From Takakia lepidozioides (lineage: Eukaryota > Plantae > Bryophyta): DNA of 64,000 nt. Below, one piece after another: positions 52,962 to 64,000 of the stretch. Where the stretch lies: assembly GCA_030704615.1 (NCBI GenBank), contig CM060732.1, forward strand, positions 1,364,001 to 1,428,000, in the 5' to 3' direction. The translations under genes and the position numbers were made by a program. How positions within the stretch are numbered: the stretch's first letter is position 1; every line of letters begins with the position of its first letter. The notes beneath the pieces were generated by a model. That model worked only from the letters and a program-made list of their open reading frames with translations, was not told where the DNA came from and ran no database searches.

Positions 52962-55900
52962 GCTCTTGCAATCCGTGCTCACAGCCGTGAAGAATTCCAT
53001 CATGGATTCGAAACCAAGGGTGTCTTTAGGCTCTGTACTGGGAGCCCTCTTCTTGGCTTTCCCCTTCTGCTCCTCCACAGATTTGTTGTGTGCCATCTTC
53101 TTCGCCCTGGCAGCCAGAGCGTCAAGGAAGCTCTCATTGACACATTGGATAATGGTTGGGGGTTCTAGCTTTGGCCTCTTCGGAAACGTCACCGCCGAAT
53201 ACCGCCGTGTAGGCTCGCCCTCAAATGCCAACTTCTTGGCAGAGCCAGTCCCAGACCGAACTGACTTGGGAATCCGGACGACCGGTGACTTGGTAGCAGC
53301 AGCAGTAGTCGCAGGACCTTGCACAAAGTCGTTGTTGGAGTCACTCCCTTGGGGCCCCTCCTGCGCCTCCTCTGGTGCCCCGGTGGTTTTTTGTTTTTTG
53401 GGGGTTACTATACTCCCCTGTTTCCGTGTCCTTTTCTTTTGTCCTTTATTCTTCTCATTCAATTTCTCTTGAATACCTGCCTGAGCAAGCTCTCGCCTCC
53501 TTTGGACCCAGCGGAGGCAGCGGAGCCCGGTTTCGTCGAGCCTCAGCATCCAGCTTCAATTGAAACTCGGATGGGTCGAGCGAACCGGGCGGAAGGTCCA
53601 CATACCAAGGGCAGTCGCGCAAATGTTCCAAATGCGACTCCTTCACGATAACGTCAGTGTACATGGAGTCAGCCCTAGGGTTCCTCCATGCGAGGAAGAA
53701 TGGCGGCTCGAAGGATAGATGTCCTTTCTCCAAAAGGGAGAACTTGCAGTTCTTGCATTCAAGAAACACACAGAATGAGGTCCCGGGAACGAGGTAAATT
53801 TTAGGGAATGAAAATGACTAGGCCCGGAATTGGAAATTCCGGTTTCGGTGCCTGCCACACTAGGGGCCCTGCACTGGAAAAACCGGCGCCATTTTCCCAG
53901 GTTGGGGCCGAATATGCCTAAGTCCCAGAACTCACTGCGCCCGGAACTGGAAAAATGGCGTCGAATTTCCTGTTTCGGTGCCTGCCTCTAAAGGGACTTA
54001 GCCATTTTTGGGGCCGTTCACTGGAAATTCGGCGCCATTTTCCCAGGTTGGGCCCAAAAATGGCTAAGTCCCAGAGCTGACTTTGCCCTGATCTGGAAAA
54101 ATGGCGCCGAATTTCCGGATTCAGTGCCAGCCACCCCATGTACCTAGCCATTTTCGGGGCCCTCAACTGGAAATTTGGCGCCATTTTCCCAAGTTGGGGC
54201 CGAGAATGGCTAAGTCCCAGATCTGACTGGGCCTGCAACTGGAAAAATGGCGCCAAATTTCCGGACTGAGTGCCAGGCACCCCCTGGACAGCCATCCCCC
54301 AGGGCCCGAATTTGGAAATTTGGCGCCATTTTTCCTAGGACCACAACTAATTTTCATGCGCCACATAGGGCCTCTTACATCCTGGAAATGTTAGGACTAA
54401 AAAGAAAGGCACAACGTATGTACCTGTACAGAAGGCGCATTGCCGCTTTGTCCGCGTTCAGCTGGTCGGTGAACTCGTGGCTCCGGCGGGCATGGGGTAT
54501 CTCTCGAAAGAATAGGTCGGTTTTGTAGAGCAGAAAGTACCTCGTCACATAGTCGCGTAGGCTCTCAGCTTCACCAGATATCTCCAGCTTGAACTGATGT
54601 GCTTGTGTGTCAAGTTGCTCTTGCACATTCGTCATCACCTGTGGAGATTCTCCATCAGACCGTTTTCCTCAAAAAATACAATAAATCCATCCGATACAAG
54701 AGTAGACGCCCCAAATGAAGCGTGGGAAAGTACCTGAAACCACCATGTCATGCGGTTCATCCACATGTCGAATGTGGGGTCAGACAGTTTGTCGGGTTTG
54801 GGGAAGCTCCACATGTCCCTTGTACTTTGGGAACCATTCCAGATTTGGAGCCACGGGGTCTGTCCAACCACCCAGCATATTAGTAAGCGCCAAACACCAC
54901 AGAAACGAATTGCTGCCATGACAATTTGGTTAAGAATGTATAACCTTTTCTATTGCATCCACACATGATGTGGCTAGACGATGCAGCTTCTCCAATGTCA
55001 TTGTGGGCTTCAGAGCGCGGGAGTAGTGCTTCCCCACCTCCACCAAAAAATCGGCACCAAGGGCGGGATCAGCTATGGCCACGTACTTTACCATCCGCGA
55101 CTTGTACTTGATGCGGGCCTTCGCCTCCGCAGCTTTGAGATACGATTCCAGTGCCGGGAGGGTTAGTTTCTTCTCCTCTGACTCGATGTAGAACCTCTGC
55201 GCATGTGCCAAATCCTGCTGAATTTTCGTCTGTCAAGAATGCGCACATAAGATTAGAGATCCTGCTCAACACTTTTTCTTCTATTGGGGGAGGAGAAACA
55301 GATTAGCTCAACAAAACAGTGAGGAGCTTTACCCGAAATATGTAGTCCACCATGGCGTCCATGCTCAGCCTATACCAGGTTCTGTCTGCCTTTGCCTCCG
55401 ACTTGCGCAGGAGGTCGGCACTGAGCGAATTGGCAAACTCTTGCACCCCCTGCTTCCCGACATCCTTCACTCGGAAGAGCATATGGACAAGTTGGTGGCA
55501 ATGAAGGCATTCTCAGTCACCCTGCAATGCCACATTTCCATTAAACAATACAAAAATGAGAATTTGCAACAAATATGACGATTGGCAATGAAATGACTGT
55601 TTCAAATTCAAAGTTCCAAAGCAAGAAGCATTGTAACTTACGAGTTGATGTCTGCCATTGCCGCTTTGAGAAGACTGCGATCTTTGGGCCCTGCCACCTT
55701 GAGCACAACACACTCCACGGCAAAATGCCAATCCAGGTCGTTGGGGTGGGCTTGGGCTATGTACTCCATCCATGCCAGGAGGTGATGATTGCCGTCCCAC
55801 ACGTAAAACATATTTCCGGACAAGTGCTGGAAAAGAGGATCAGTAGCAATCAATCTCTCGAACTCCTCATTTCGCCTTTGCCAATGGGGACCCCATTTGT

Positions 55901-58281
55901 CCACCTCATCGGAAGTGTGGGCACGAGAAGCTCCATGGTCATTCTCCATGGAAACGTAAAACGTGGCAGACCCCATTCGATATCCCTCCCGGAAAGAGAA
56001 TTTCAGCTTGTCGATATCGCCTGGGAGGGCAGGTCTGACCACCTGCAATGAAACCAAGCGGCAAAGGGGAATCCGAAGCTTGGCCGGGTACACCATGCCC
56101 CTCAGGACCCTGCCAATGTTGCTGTGGGTTGCCTCCAACATCTTGGCAGCGGCCAACTTCATATCCGCCTCCGACATGACGTCTGTTGCAGGGGGTTCTC
56201 CGGCAGCCCACCCGGACCGCCAAATCCAGCCTGTATGCTCCGGGTTTGGGGCCTGGGGATGTCCGGGAGGATGTCATCCTGGTCAGAAGCTCCCTCTCGT
56301 CGTCCTCAACATGGTCAACCACCGCCGGATCCACCTCGAGCACTCTCCCCGTCTCTACTGCCCTCTCCCTGGCTTCACCTTGAACTTGCACAATCCGTGC
56401 TCTTTGTGGTGTTCTTTCCCCTCCTCCAGTCTCCACTGTATGGGTAATTGCGGGGGCTGCTCCTGCCCGCGATGGTGTAACCGGTGTGTTACTGCCTCTT
56501 TGTGGTGTCTTGGAGGGATCCACTGTCTCTGTGCATCCATCGCTTACATGGGCACCTGTCATTTCGACACCCCTGGCCTCTTCAGTGGCCTTTTCTCTTT
56601 CCTCCTGGCTAGCCTTCTGTCTCGCCTGTTCTTTTGCCCTCTCTTTGCCCTCTCACGGGCTTTCTGTTTCTACTAGGGGTAGCAGCAGGGGAGCCCTCCA
56701 GGACGACCACCTTTGATTGAGGCAAACTGACACCCTCGCACGCCCTGCTCACTCCCCCCTCCGCAGCCCGTGACGGCTCTCTCGCCAGGGATTGCATGTG
56801 CTTGGCTTTCTTCTTCTTCTTTGCGTGGGCGGGCCCTACTGCATATGCATCAACATCCTCCATTGCCGGAACTGCTGTCCTCATCCAATGCCCTTCACCT
56901 GCCATGCCGCCTACACCAACCTCCCCAATGCCTATTCTGTCGTACTCTCGCTGCAGGTCTTCCCGTCCACCAACAAAAGGTTTTAGTTTGCCATCCTGCC
57001 CCAAGTTGGGCGATCCAAACATGCGATGAGTAGCGGCTTTTGGAGTGACTGCTCGAGCAGTTAGAGCTGTCGATGATACCACCAGCGTGCCGGGCTCGTC
57101 GTCACTCTGTCATCCCCAAAAATCGTGAGAACCAACATCGGAATGAAAACCACCATCGCAACGAGCAGCGCAACCACCATCGCAACAATCGTGGAACAAC
57201 AATGAAAACAAATCGAACCAATGCCTAAGAATGACATGCACAAGCAGCCTTCTCCAGAGCTGCCGGCTTTGCACACGCATTGCAAACTATCTAAGGTTCA
57301 CTCAACTAGTAACATGAAACACGATGAACAAAAGAACACAAATTCCATAAGACGAGAAAACAGGGTGAAATGTTTTGAAGGCACTTCATCTGCTCAGACA
57401 ATCTTCTCAGCTTAGCATGGATTTCCTTAATTCCGAGATGCAACCTGTTATCTACAGCGAGGTGTGCACCCTGTTGCAAATCTGAATGCAGCAACGACCT
57501 GGCTCCTTTCTAACCACTCTGACCTTGATCATTCTTCACAACAACTCCTGCTTTTGCGATGCAACCATGTGCTTCCAGGGCTGCCATGCTGAAGATGCGA
57601 AAACAAACCAAAAAATGAAGAAAACCCACGTGTTACACAAGCGAAAGAGGAAGTGGCTTGCATGAGAGTGCTCGGCTTTAGTTGGCGCGGGTTGTGAGCA
57701 AGACAATGGAATCTCCTGCTGGAGCTTAAGTTTGGCCATGCGAGAGGTTGGACGTCGCCCGTAGTACAAAGCCTTCAGCTTCCGCCGCGGTCTGGATGTG
57801 GGGTCTCTCTCAGGAGAGCCACGCCCTTCTCCACGCGGCATAAGTCCCAGCAAAAGAAAAAAGATCTCGCCAAATGTGTGCGTACATGCCTCGAATAGAA
57901 GTTCATCCAAGTTTAGCATCAGGTTTCCAAGGTGTATCTGGGAAGCAACCGCGGAATCCCTGTGTTGCTAGCCCGGTTCAAAACCGACGGCGGAGGACAT
58001 TTAATGCTCAACTGCGCCATTAATGTATGGAGGTCGGTCACAGGCGCCCACCGAATATCCTCCCGAGACTTCGTCAATCGCCCGCTGGATGGAAAAAAAT
58101 CGGCGCCGAATTTCCATCCAACGGATGAAGTATGACGCAACGAGGCCCTCCCTCCGCCCGAGCAGTTCTCATCCAGGAGACGCCGGATGGAAATCCGGCG
58201 CCGAATTTCCATCCTGCAGGTAATTCGGTCCACCTCATCGATGGAAAACCGACAACGAATTTGTCTTTAGCGGACCAGAAT
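52962..58281 (-). mobile_element. Element D: internal part of a close relative of C (array plus ParB-MTase 5' exons), cut by chromoviruses at both ends
   Basis: Reverse-complement homology to ~32510-36880. It also keeps exons deleted in C (EPPFFLAW, CPWY, QCVNESFLDAL) that match copy B. Intronic palindrome array at 53860-54340. Confidence 0.9.
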
Positions 58282-61200
58282 TGTCGCGGCCCTTTGCCTT
58301 GAGGGAGGGCAGGGGGTCGGGACACATGAGGGGCTGCCCCTGTGGTGGGGGCAGACCAAAGAGTGGGGAGCTGTTTCGGACTGCCAACTACCAAAGGGAA
58401 TTCCCGCTGGTTCCAAATCGGTGGAGGGTTCTTTGGAGAACAAGGGGGGACCGTTATGCCCCGGTGAGCAGCCGAAGCTCCAAGTTGGCCCGGCGGCCAA
58501 GTTGGGAGTTAGGCGCGCGCATCAAAGCGAGTAACTATGACTTGAGGGGGGAGCTTACCGAAGTGAGGTGCGCGACACTTGGTATCAGAGCTTCGAGTTT
58601 AGTACGCGATCGTCCTTGGGATTGGCCTCATCATGGGGTCGGGCAAGCCGAAGCGAAAGCGGAACGGCCCAAAAGATGATAATCCTGGTGAGCCCGATGG
58701 GGGCGACGTGTCACCGAGGCGGCCGTTTGAGGAAGCGATGCATGTTTCCGAAAACGAGGCCGCTCAAGAGCGGGAGGAATCTGAGGAGTCGAAGCCCGAG
58801 GAATCCTTGAGAGCTCCGACAAACCAAGAGATGCCTCCCATGCCGGCAGCCTTTTGGGAAGGGTTGTTGGCGCAGTTTGGTGGGACGTTGAGAGACGTGT
58901 TGAAGGCGGCTAATGCCACTTCCACTAAGGCAAAGTTTAAGGTGAAGCCTAAGGAACCCGGCACCTTCGAGGGCGTCCAAATCGGAAGGCACTCAACACC
59001 TGGCTCCTGGAGCTAGAGCAGTACTTCCGGGCAGCCAAGTTGAGTGACGAGGATCGGGTGGAAGTGGCTCCCACCTACTTGAGGGGCTATGCTCAACAAT
59101 GGTGGCAGAAACGCCTTCACGACCGAGGTCCAAGCCCGGAAACCTTGGACTGGGAGTGGGTTCAAGGAATTGATGAAGAGACAGTTTGTGCCCCTCAACG
59201 CGTCCTGGCTTGCCCGGGACAAGATGAGGAATTTGAAGCAAACAGATGACATTCGGGGGTATGTCCAGGCTTTCAATGCGTTGTTGCTCGAAGTCGCGGA
59301 CATGGCAGAACCAGAAATGGTCTTCAACTTTGTGGCGGGACTGGCCCCATGGGCCAGGCGGAAGTTGGAGGAGAAACCACCCAAGACTTTGAACGAGGCA
59401 ATTGAGAGGGGGCTGAATGTTTCTCGGATGTCCCTAGGGGTGAAAGACAAGGCCGTACGGAGCTGAACCACAAGAAGACCAGGCGGGAAGGTGACTCCTT
59501 CCGACCGGAAAAGAAGTGGGATAGGCCACGCGGCGACAATGGCACGTGGAAATCGAAGGGAGGGCCATCACAAGTCAAGGCGGCACCCGGTGCTTCGAAA
59601 GGAAAAGCGGGTGGAGCGGCCTATGGCGGACAGAAGGCAACCTTTGATGGAGTGTGTTTCAATTGTGGGGAGCCCCGGCACATGGCCAAGAAGTGCACGA
59701 AGCCCCGGCAATTGAACATGACTCGGGCGACCACAGAGCTGTCAGAAGATACCATCAGTCGCTTGGTGGAAGCGGTGGTCGCCAGGACTTGCAAGATAGG
59801 CAAATTTTCTTGTGAGTTGTATCAGGAAACTGGCGCCTTACGTAAAGAGAGTAAGTTATCGTGGATGGGATAATATCCGGAACTAATGTGTCGTTATTGG
59901 TGGACACAGGAGCGTCGCACTCCTTCATGACACCGGCAACGGCACAAAAGCTGGGACTCCCGACAAGTGACGTGGGGGCCTCTATTGAGGTGCGTTCTGC
60001 CAAAGGAGAACCACAGTTGGCGACAAGGTTGGCGTTTGATGTTCCTCTTCAACTGGGGAGTTGGGAGGGACGTGAGAACTTCACCATCTGCGAGATCGAT
60101 GGAGTGGATCTCATTTTGGGGATGACCTTTTTGAGCAAATCCGGAGCGGTCATAGATGGCCGCAAGAGAGTAGTCACGCTGCCATGTGGGAATGGTGGCG
60201 AGGTCTTACGAGTGTCGAAAACGCCCAAACCCGTGGGAGGGCGAATAAACCTTCTGTCAGCAAGGGAGTGGGCCGTGGAGGAGGCACACGAGCCCCAGTT
60301 TTTGCTCTACATTAGAGAAGTGAAGGGAGAAGGCGATGGGGAGCCGAGCCCAGATTGGATCAAGGGGATTTTGGAGAAATACCAGGATGTGATGCCGGAG
60401 GATTTACCAAGCGGTTTGCCACCGCGAAGAGGAGTTGACCACAAGATTGAGGTGATACTGGGATCGGAACCGCCTGCCAAGGCGCCCTACCGGTTGAGCC
60501 ACAGAGAGTTGGTCGAGCTGAAGACTCAGCTCAAAGATCTAATGTCAAAGGGGTACATCCGGCCGAGTAAGTCACCTTACGGAGCCCCGGTGCTATTGCA
60601 GACAAAAAGATGGGACGCTGCGGATGTGTGTCGATTACAGGGCTCTGAATAAGGTGACTATGAAAAACCGTACCCTTTGCCAAGGATCGACGACCTCTTC
60701 GATCGGTTGGCAGGAGCGAAGTATTTCAGCCGGATCGACTTGCGCTCCGGCTATCATCAAATTCGGGTGGCGGAAGGAGATGAGGAGAAGACCGCGTGCA
60801 GGACAAGGTATGGTTCATATGAGTTCTTGGTGATGCCTTTTGGGCTCACCAATGCACCAGCGACATTTAGCACGCTGATGAACAGCCTTTTTCAGGAGTG
60901 GTTGGATGACTTTGTGATCGTGTACATCGACGACATCTTGGTGTACTCAAAAACAAAGGAAGAGCACCTGGAGCACCTAAAAAGGGTGTTCCAAAAATTG
61001 CGAGAAGGGAAGCTGTATGCCAAAGCTTCAAAGTGCGAATTCGGGGTCACAAAAGTGGAGTTCCTGGGGCATGTGATTACACAGGATGGGATCAAAATGG
61101 ATGACAGAAAGGTGAGGGCGATCTTGGACTGGGAGCCTCCGACTTCGGTCCCGGGAGTGCGATCCTTCCTAGGACTCGCCTCCTATTACCGGAAGTATGT

Positions 61201-64000
61201 GAGAAATTTCGCCAAGATCGCGGGGCCGCTGTCAGACCTTCTGTGTAAATCCAAAGTCTGGGTATGGAACACCTTTTGTGGCCAAGCTTTTGCTGAATTG
61301 AAGCAGCGGATGGCGGAAGCTCCAGTCTTGAAAATCCCGGAGTTCGATCGTCCGTTCGAGATTCATACAGATGCGTCGGACTTCGCGATTGGGGGTGTAC
61401 TGATGCAAGATGGACGTCCAGTGGCTTACGAAAGTAAGAAACTGAATGAAGTGGAGCGACGGTGGCCGACGCACGAGAAAGAGATGAAGGCGGTGGTGCA
61501 CTGTCTTGAGCTTTGGCGCCACTATGTTGGTTCCAACCCAGTGAAGGTGTTCACGGACAATGTCACGGTGAAGTATTTTGCCACGCAGCCCAAGTTGTCC
61601 CCAAAACAACTTAGGTGGCAAGATACTTTGGCGGTGTTCGACGTGGATATCCAGTACAAACCGGGACGAGACAACGTGGTGGCCGATGCTTTAAGTAGAA
61701 AGCAGCAGCTCTTGTTGGTGTACAAGGGCGAGACGGCGCTCCAAAGGAAGATCCGGAAGGCTTGCCGGAAGGATGAGCTGGCGAAGTCCGTGATGCAGGA
61801 CTTGAGGATGGGGGTTAAATCGCAGTTCCACTTGCAAAATGGACTGCTCCGGTATAAGCAAAAGCGTCTCTACGTGCCGAAGGGAGGGATCAGAGATAGC
61901 CTCTTGAGAGAATGCCATGATAGCCCGCTTGCGGGCCACGGCGGAGCCAAGCGCACTGCGGCACTCTTGAAGAAAGAGTATTTCTGGCCCAAACTGAGGG
62001 AGGAGGCAGAGGAGTATGTCAAGACATGCACCACATGCCAACAAAACCGGAGCGAGTACAAAAAGCAAGCGGGGCTGTTACAACCCTTGCCGATTCCAGA
62101 GGGGACTTGGGAAAGCGTCTCGATGGATTTCATGACTGCTATGCCGCTGTCAAAAGGATTCGATGCAATCATGGTGGTGGTGGATAGGTTCAGTAAAATG
62201 GGCCATTTCATCCCCACCAAGGAGACGGCAACGGCGCAGGAGACAGGGCGACTTTACTTCGCCCACGTCTTAAAGCATCATGGAGTCCCGAAGGATATTG
62301 TCTCGGACCGCGATCCAAAGTTTACGAGTAAATTTTGGAGGGCACTTTGGAAGAAGATGGGGACGAGGCTGAAGATGAGCACCGCCTTCCGACCTACGAC
62401 CGACGGCCAAACAGAAAGAGTGAATTCCGTAGTGAAGCAGATCTTGCGGAATTACGTGTCGGCAGACCAAACAGACTGGGTGGAACACTTAGACGCGGCA
62501 GAGTTCTGTTATAATAACACAGAACACTCCGCAACGGGAGTTTCCCCTTTCGTATTGGTCTATGGAAAAGCACCTCTGGTGCCGACAAGTTGGGCCGCCC
62601 AGGACGTTGAGGAACCGGCAGTAGCGGCGGTACTGGAAGAACGCGAGCGTTTGTTGAAGCTCGCAAAGTACAACATTGCCAAAGCTAGGAAACGGTATGA
62701 AAGGCAGGCGAATCGGAAGCGGAGGGAAGTGAAGTTTGAGGCAGGCACGGAGGTCTGGTTGAACATCAAGAATTTCCGACTACCTCCGGAAGTGAGTCCA
62801 AAGTTCGTACCTCCGTATGCGGGACCCTTTCGCATCCGGAAGGTTATGAATGAGGATGTGTATGAATTGGAGCTGCCGGCAAACAGCAAGGTGCATCCAG
62901 TATTCACGTCTCCCTTTTGAAGCCTTACTTCAAAGATGAAGCGCGTCCGAATCGGCATCAAGTGTTGCGTCCGCCACCTGTGCTGTTGGATCATGAAAAT
63001 GAACCTGAGTACGAGGTGGAGGCAGTACTTAAGTCGAGGAGGTTCAAGAACCGAGAAACGGAGTATCTCGTCAAATGGAAGGGCTATCATCATGTGGAGG
63101 CATCTTGGGTGCGTGCCTCAGAAATGGGAAACGCATCCGAGGCGGTTGCAGTTTTCGAAGGGCGACCTCAAAAGCGGAAGAAGCGTTGATGGGGACATCA
63201 ACCTTGGAGCGTGGGGGAGGAAATGCATGCTTAGCCCGGCTTAGCTAGCTCAGGAATCCGATTGCAAAAACTTGTATTGTACAAAAATTTGTTATAAAGG
63301 AAATGGGTTCCAAATGTTGTGTGTCCTATTTTGTTTGGAATGGTGATGCATGGTGTGGTTGGCTAGTGTGTAGAATGCATGCTAGCTTACAAAAGTGGGA
63401 GAGGTAAATTGGGTTAATCGTGTGTTTGCGCAGTGCCGAAATCGGGTGACTCCCATCCAAGGGGCAAGGAAACTTGCGCCTTCTTTGGGAGTTCACGTGC
63501 TAGTGCGCACCTGGCGCGTGCGCGTACTATAACTGCGCTATCGAGGTGGTTGCCTTGTAGTGCGGGCTAACGCGGAAGCTACGTGCTTCCGTTCACGTAC
63601 TATAATCGTGTAGCCTTGGGACGAAGTCGTAGTGGCTTCGACGTGTTCCCGTACCTCAGGCCAGCATTCCAAGACGGACCCAATTGTAGTGATTGGGGCG
63701 CACGGTTGGTTCAAGGTTATCTTCCTAGTCAAAGGGGTTCGAGGTAAACCCTTGCGCAAAGTGATGCCAAAAGCGGCATCAGGAGCGATCGCAAGCAATG
63801 TTGTTGCAGTAAGGCGATTCGATCCTCGGGGAGGATCGTTCCTTGCCTTGAAGAAGGCCAAGAAGAGTGCACTGGGAGGAGCTGGAGAGGCTCCACCCCT
63901 GGCCGGGACTTGGAGGAAGTCGGCCGAACTAGCTAGTGGAGAGTAGAGTCAAGTGTGGGGTTTGGTTCTTTGCCATGGGACGCCATGGTACGGAAACAAA
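58282..64000 (+). mobile_element. Ty3/Gypsy chromovirus copy 2; internally deleted 5' LTR 58282-58577; runs off the window
   Basis: TGTCGCG...CGCGACA LTR, PBS, and gag-pol ~58633-63189 nearly identical to copy 1, including the chromodomain. Confidence 0.97.
58580..58591 (+). promoter_or_regulatory. Primer-binding site, tRNA-iMet
   Basis: TGGTATCAGAGC, 2 nt after the LTR-terminal CA. Confidence 0.95.

Noticed and set aside
58633-63189. Frameshifts in the chromoviruses as programmed recoding
   Set aside because: They differ between the two copies and often fall in homopolymers, so they are mutations or sequencing errors. The TAG after gag in copy 1 is CAG in copy 2.

Overview
Eukaryotic land-plant DNA, probably a non-seed plant (inferred from the gene and TE types). 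One intact host gene (a two-exon MATE/DTX transporter, 3276-6399) is followed by about 55 kb of nested transposons. The conventional parts are two near-identical chromodomain Ty3/Gypsy elements with a solo LTR of the same family, a truncated LINE, a second LTR family (one solo LTR and one head-to-tail array) and a disrupted F-box/kelch gene. The main find is four partial copies (A 9332-13715, B 18329-~27980, C ~27981-38033, D 52962-58281) of a large Mutator-like DNA transposon family. Combined, the copies show (i) a DDE transposase with a WRKY/GCM-type zinc finger; (ii) a spliced gene fusing a ParB/Srx-like domain (WDGNHR) to a beta-class N4-cytosine/N6-adenine DNA methyltransferase; (iii) an unrecognised ~190-aa accessory protein in four diverged copies; and (iv) dozens of 22-bp palindromic sites (GGAAA-N3-GGCGCC-N3-TTTCC) with subfamily-specific variants in subterminal, intergenic and intronic arrays. 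Termini read GGGGG(C/T)TG(C/T)TATTTCATGAGC. All copies here are damaged, so function is inferred. Counts and similarities were judged by eye.
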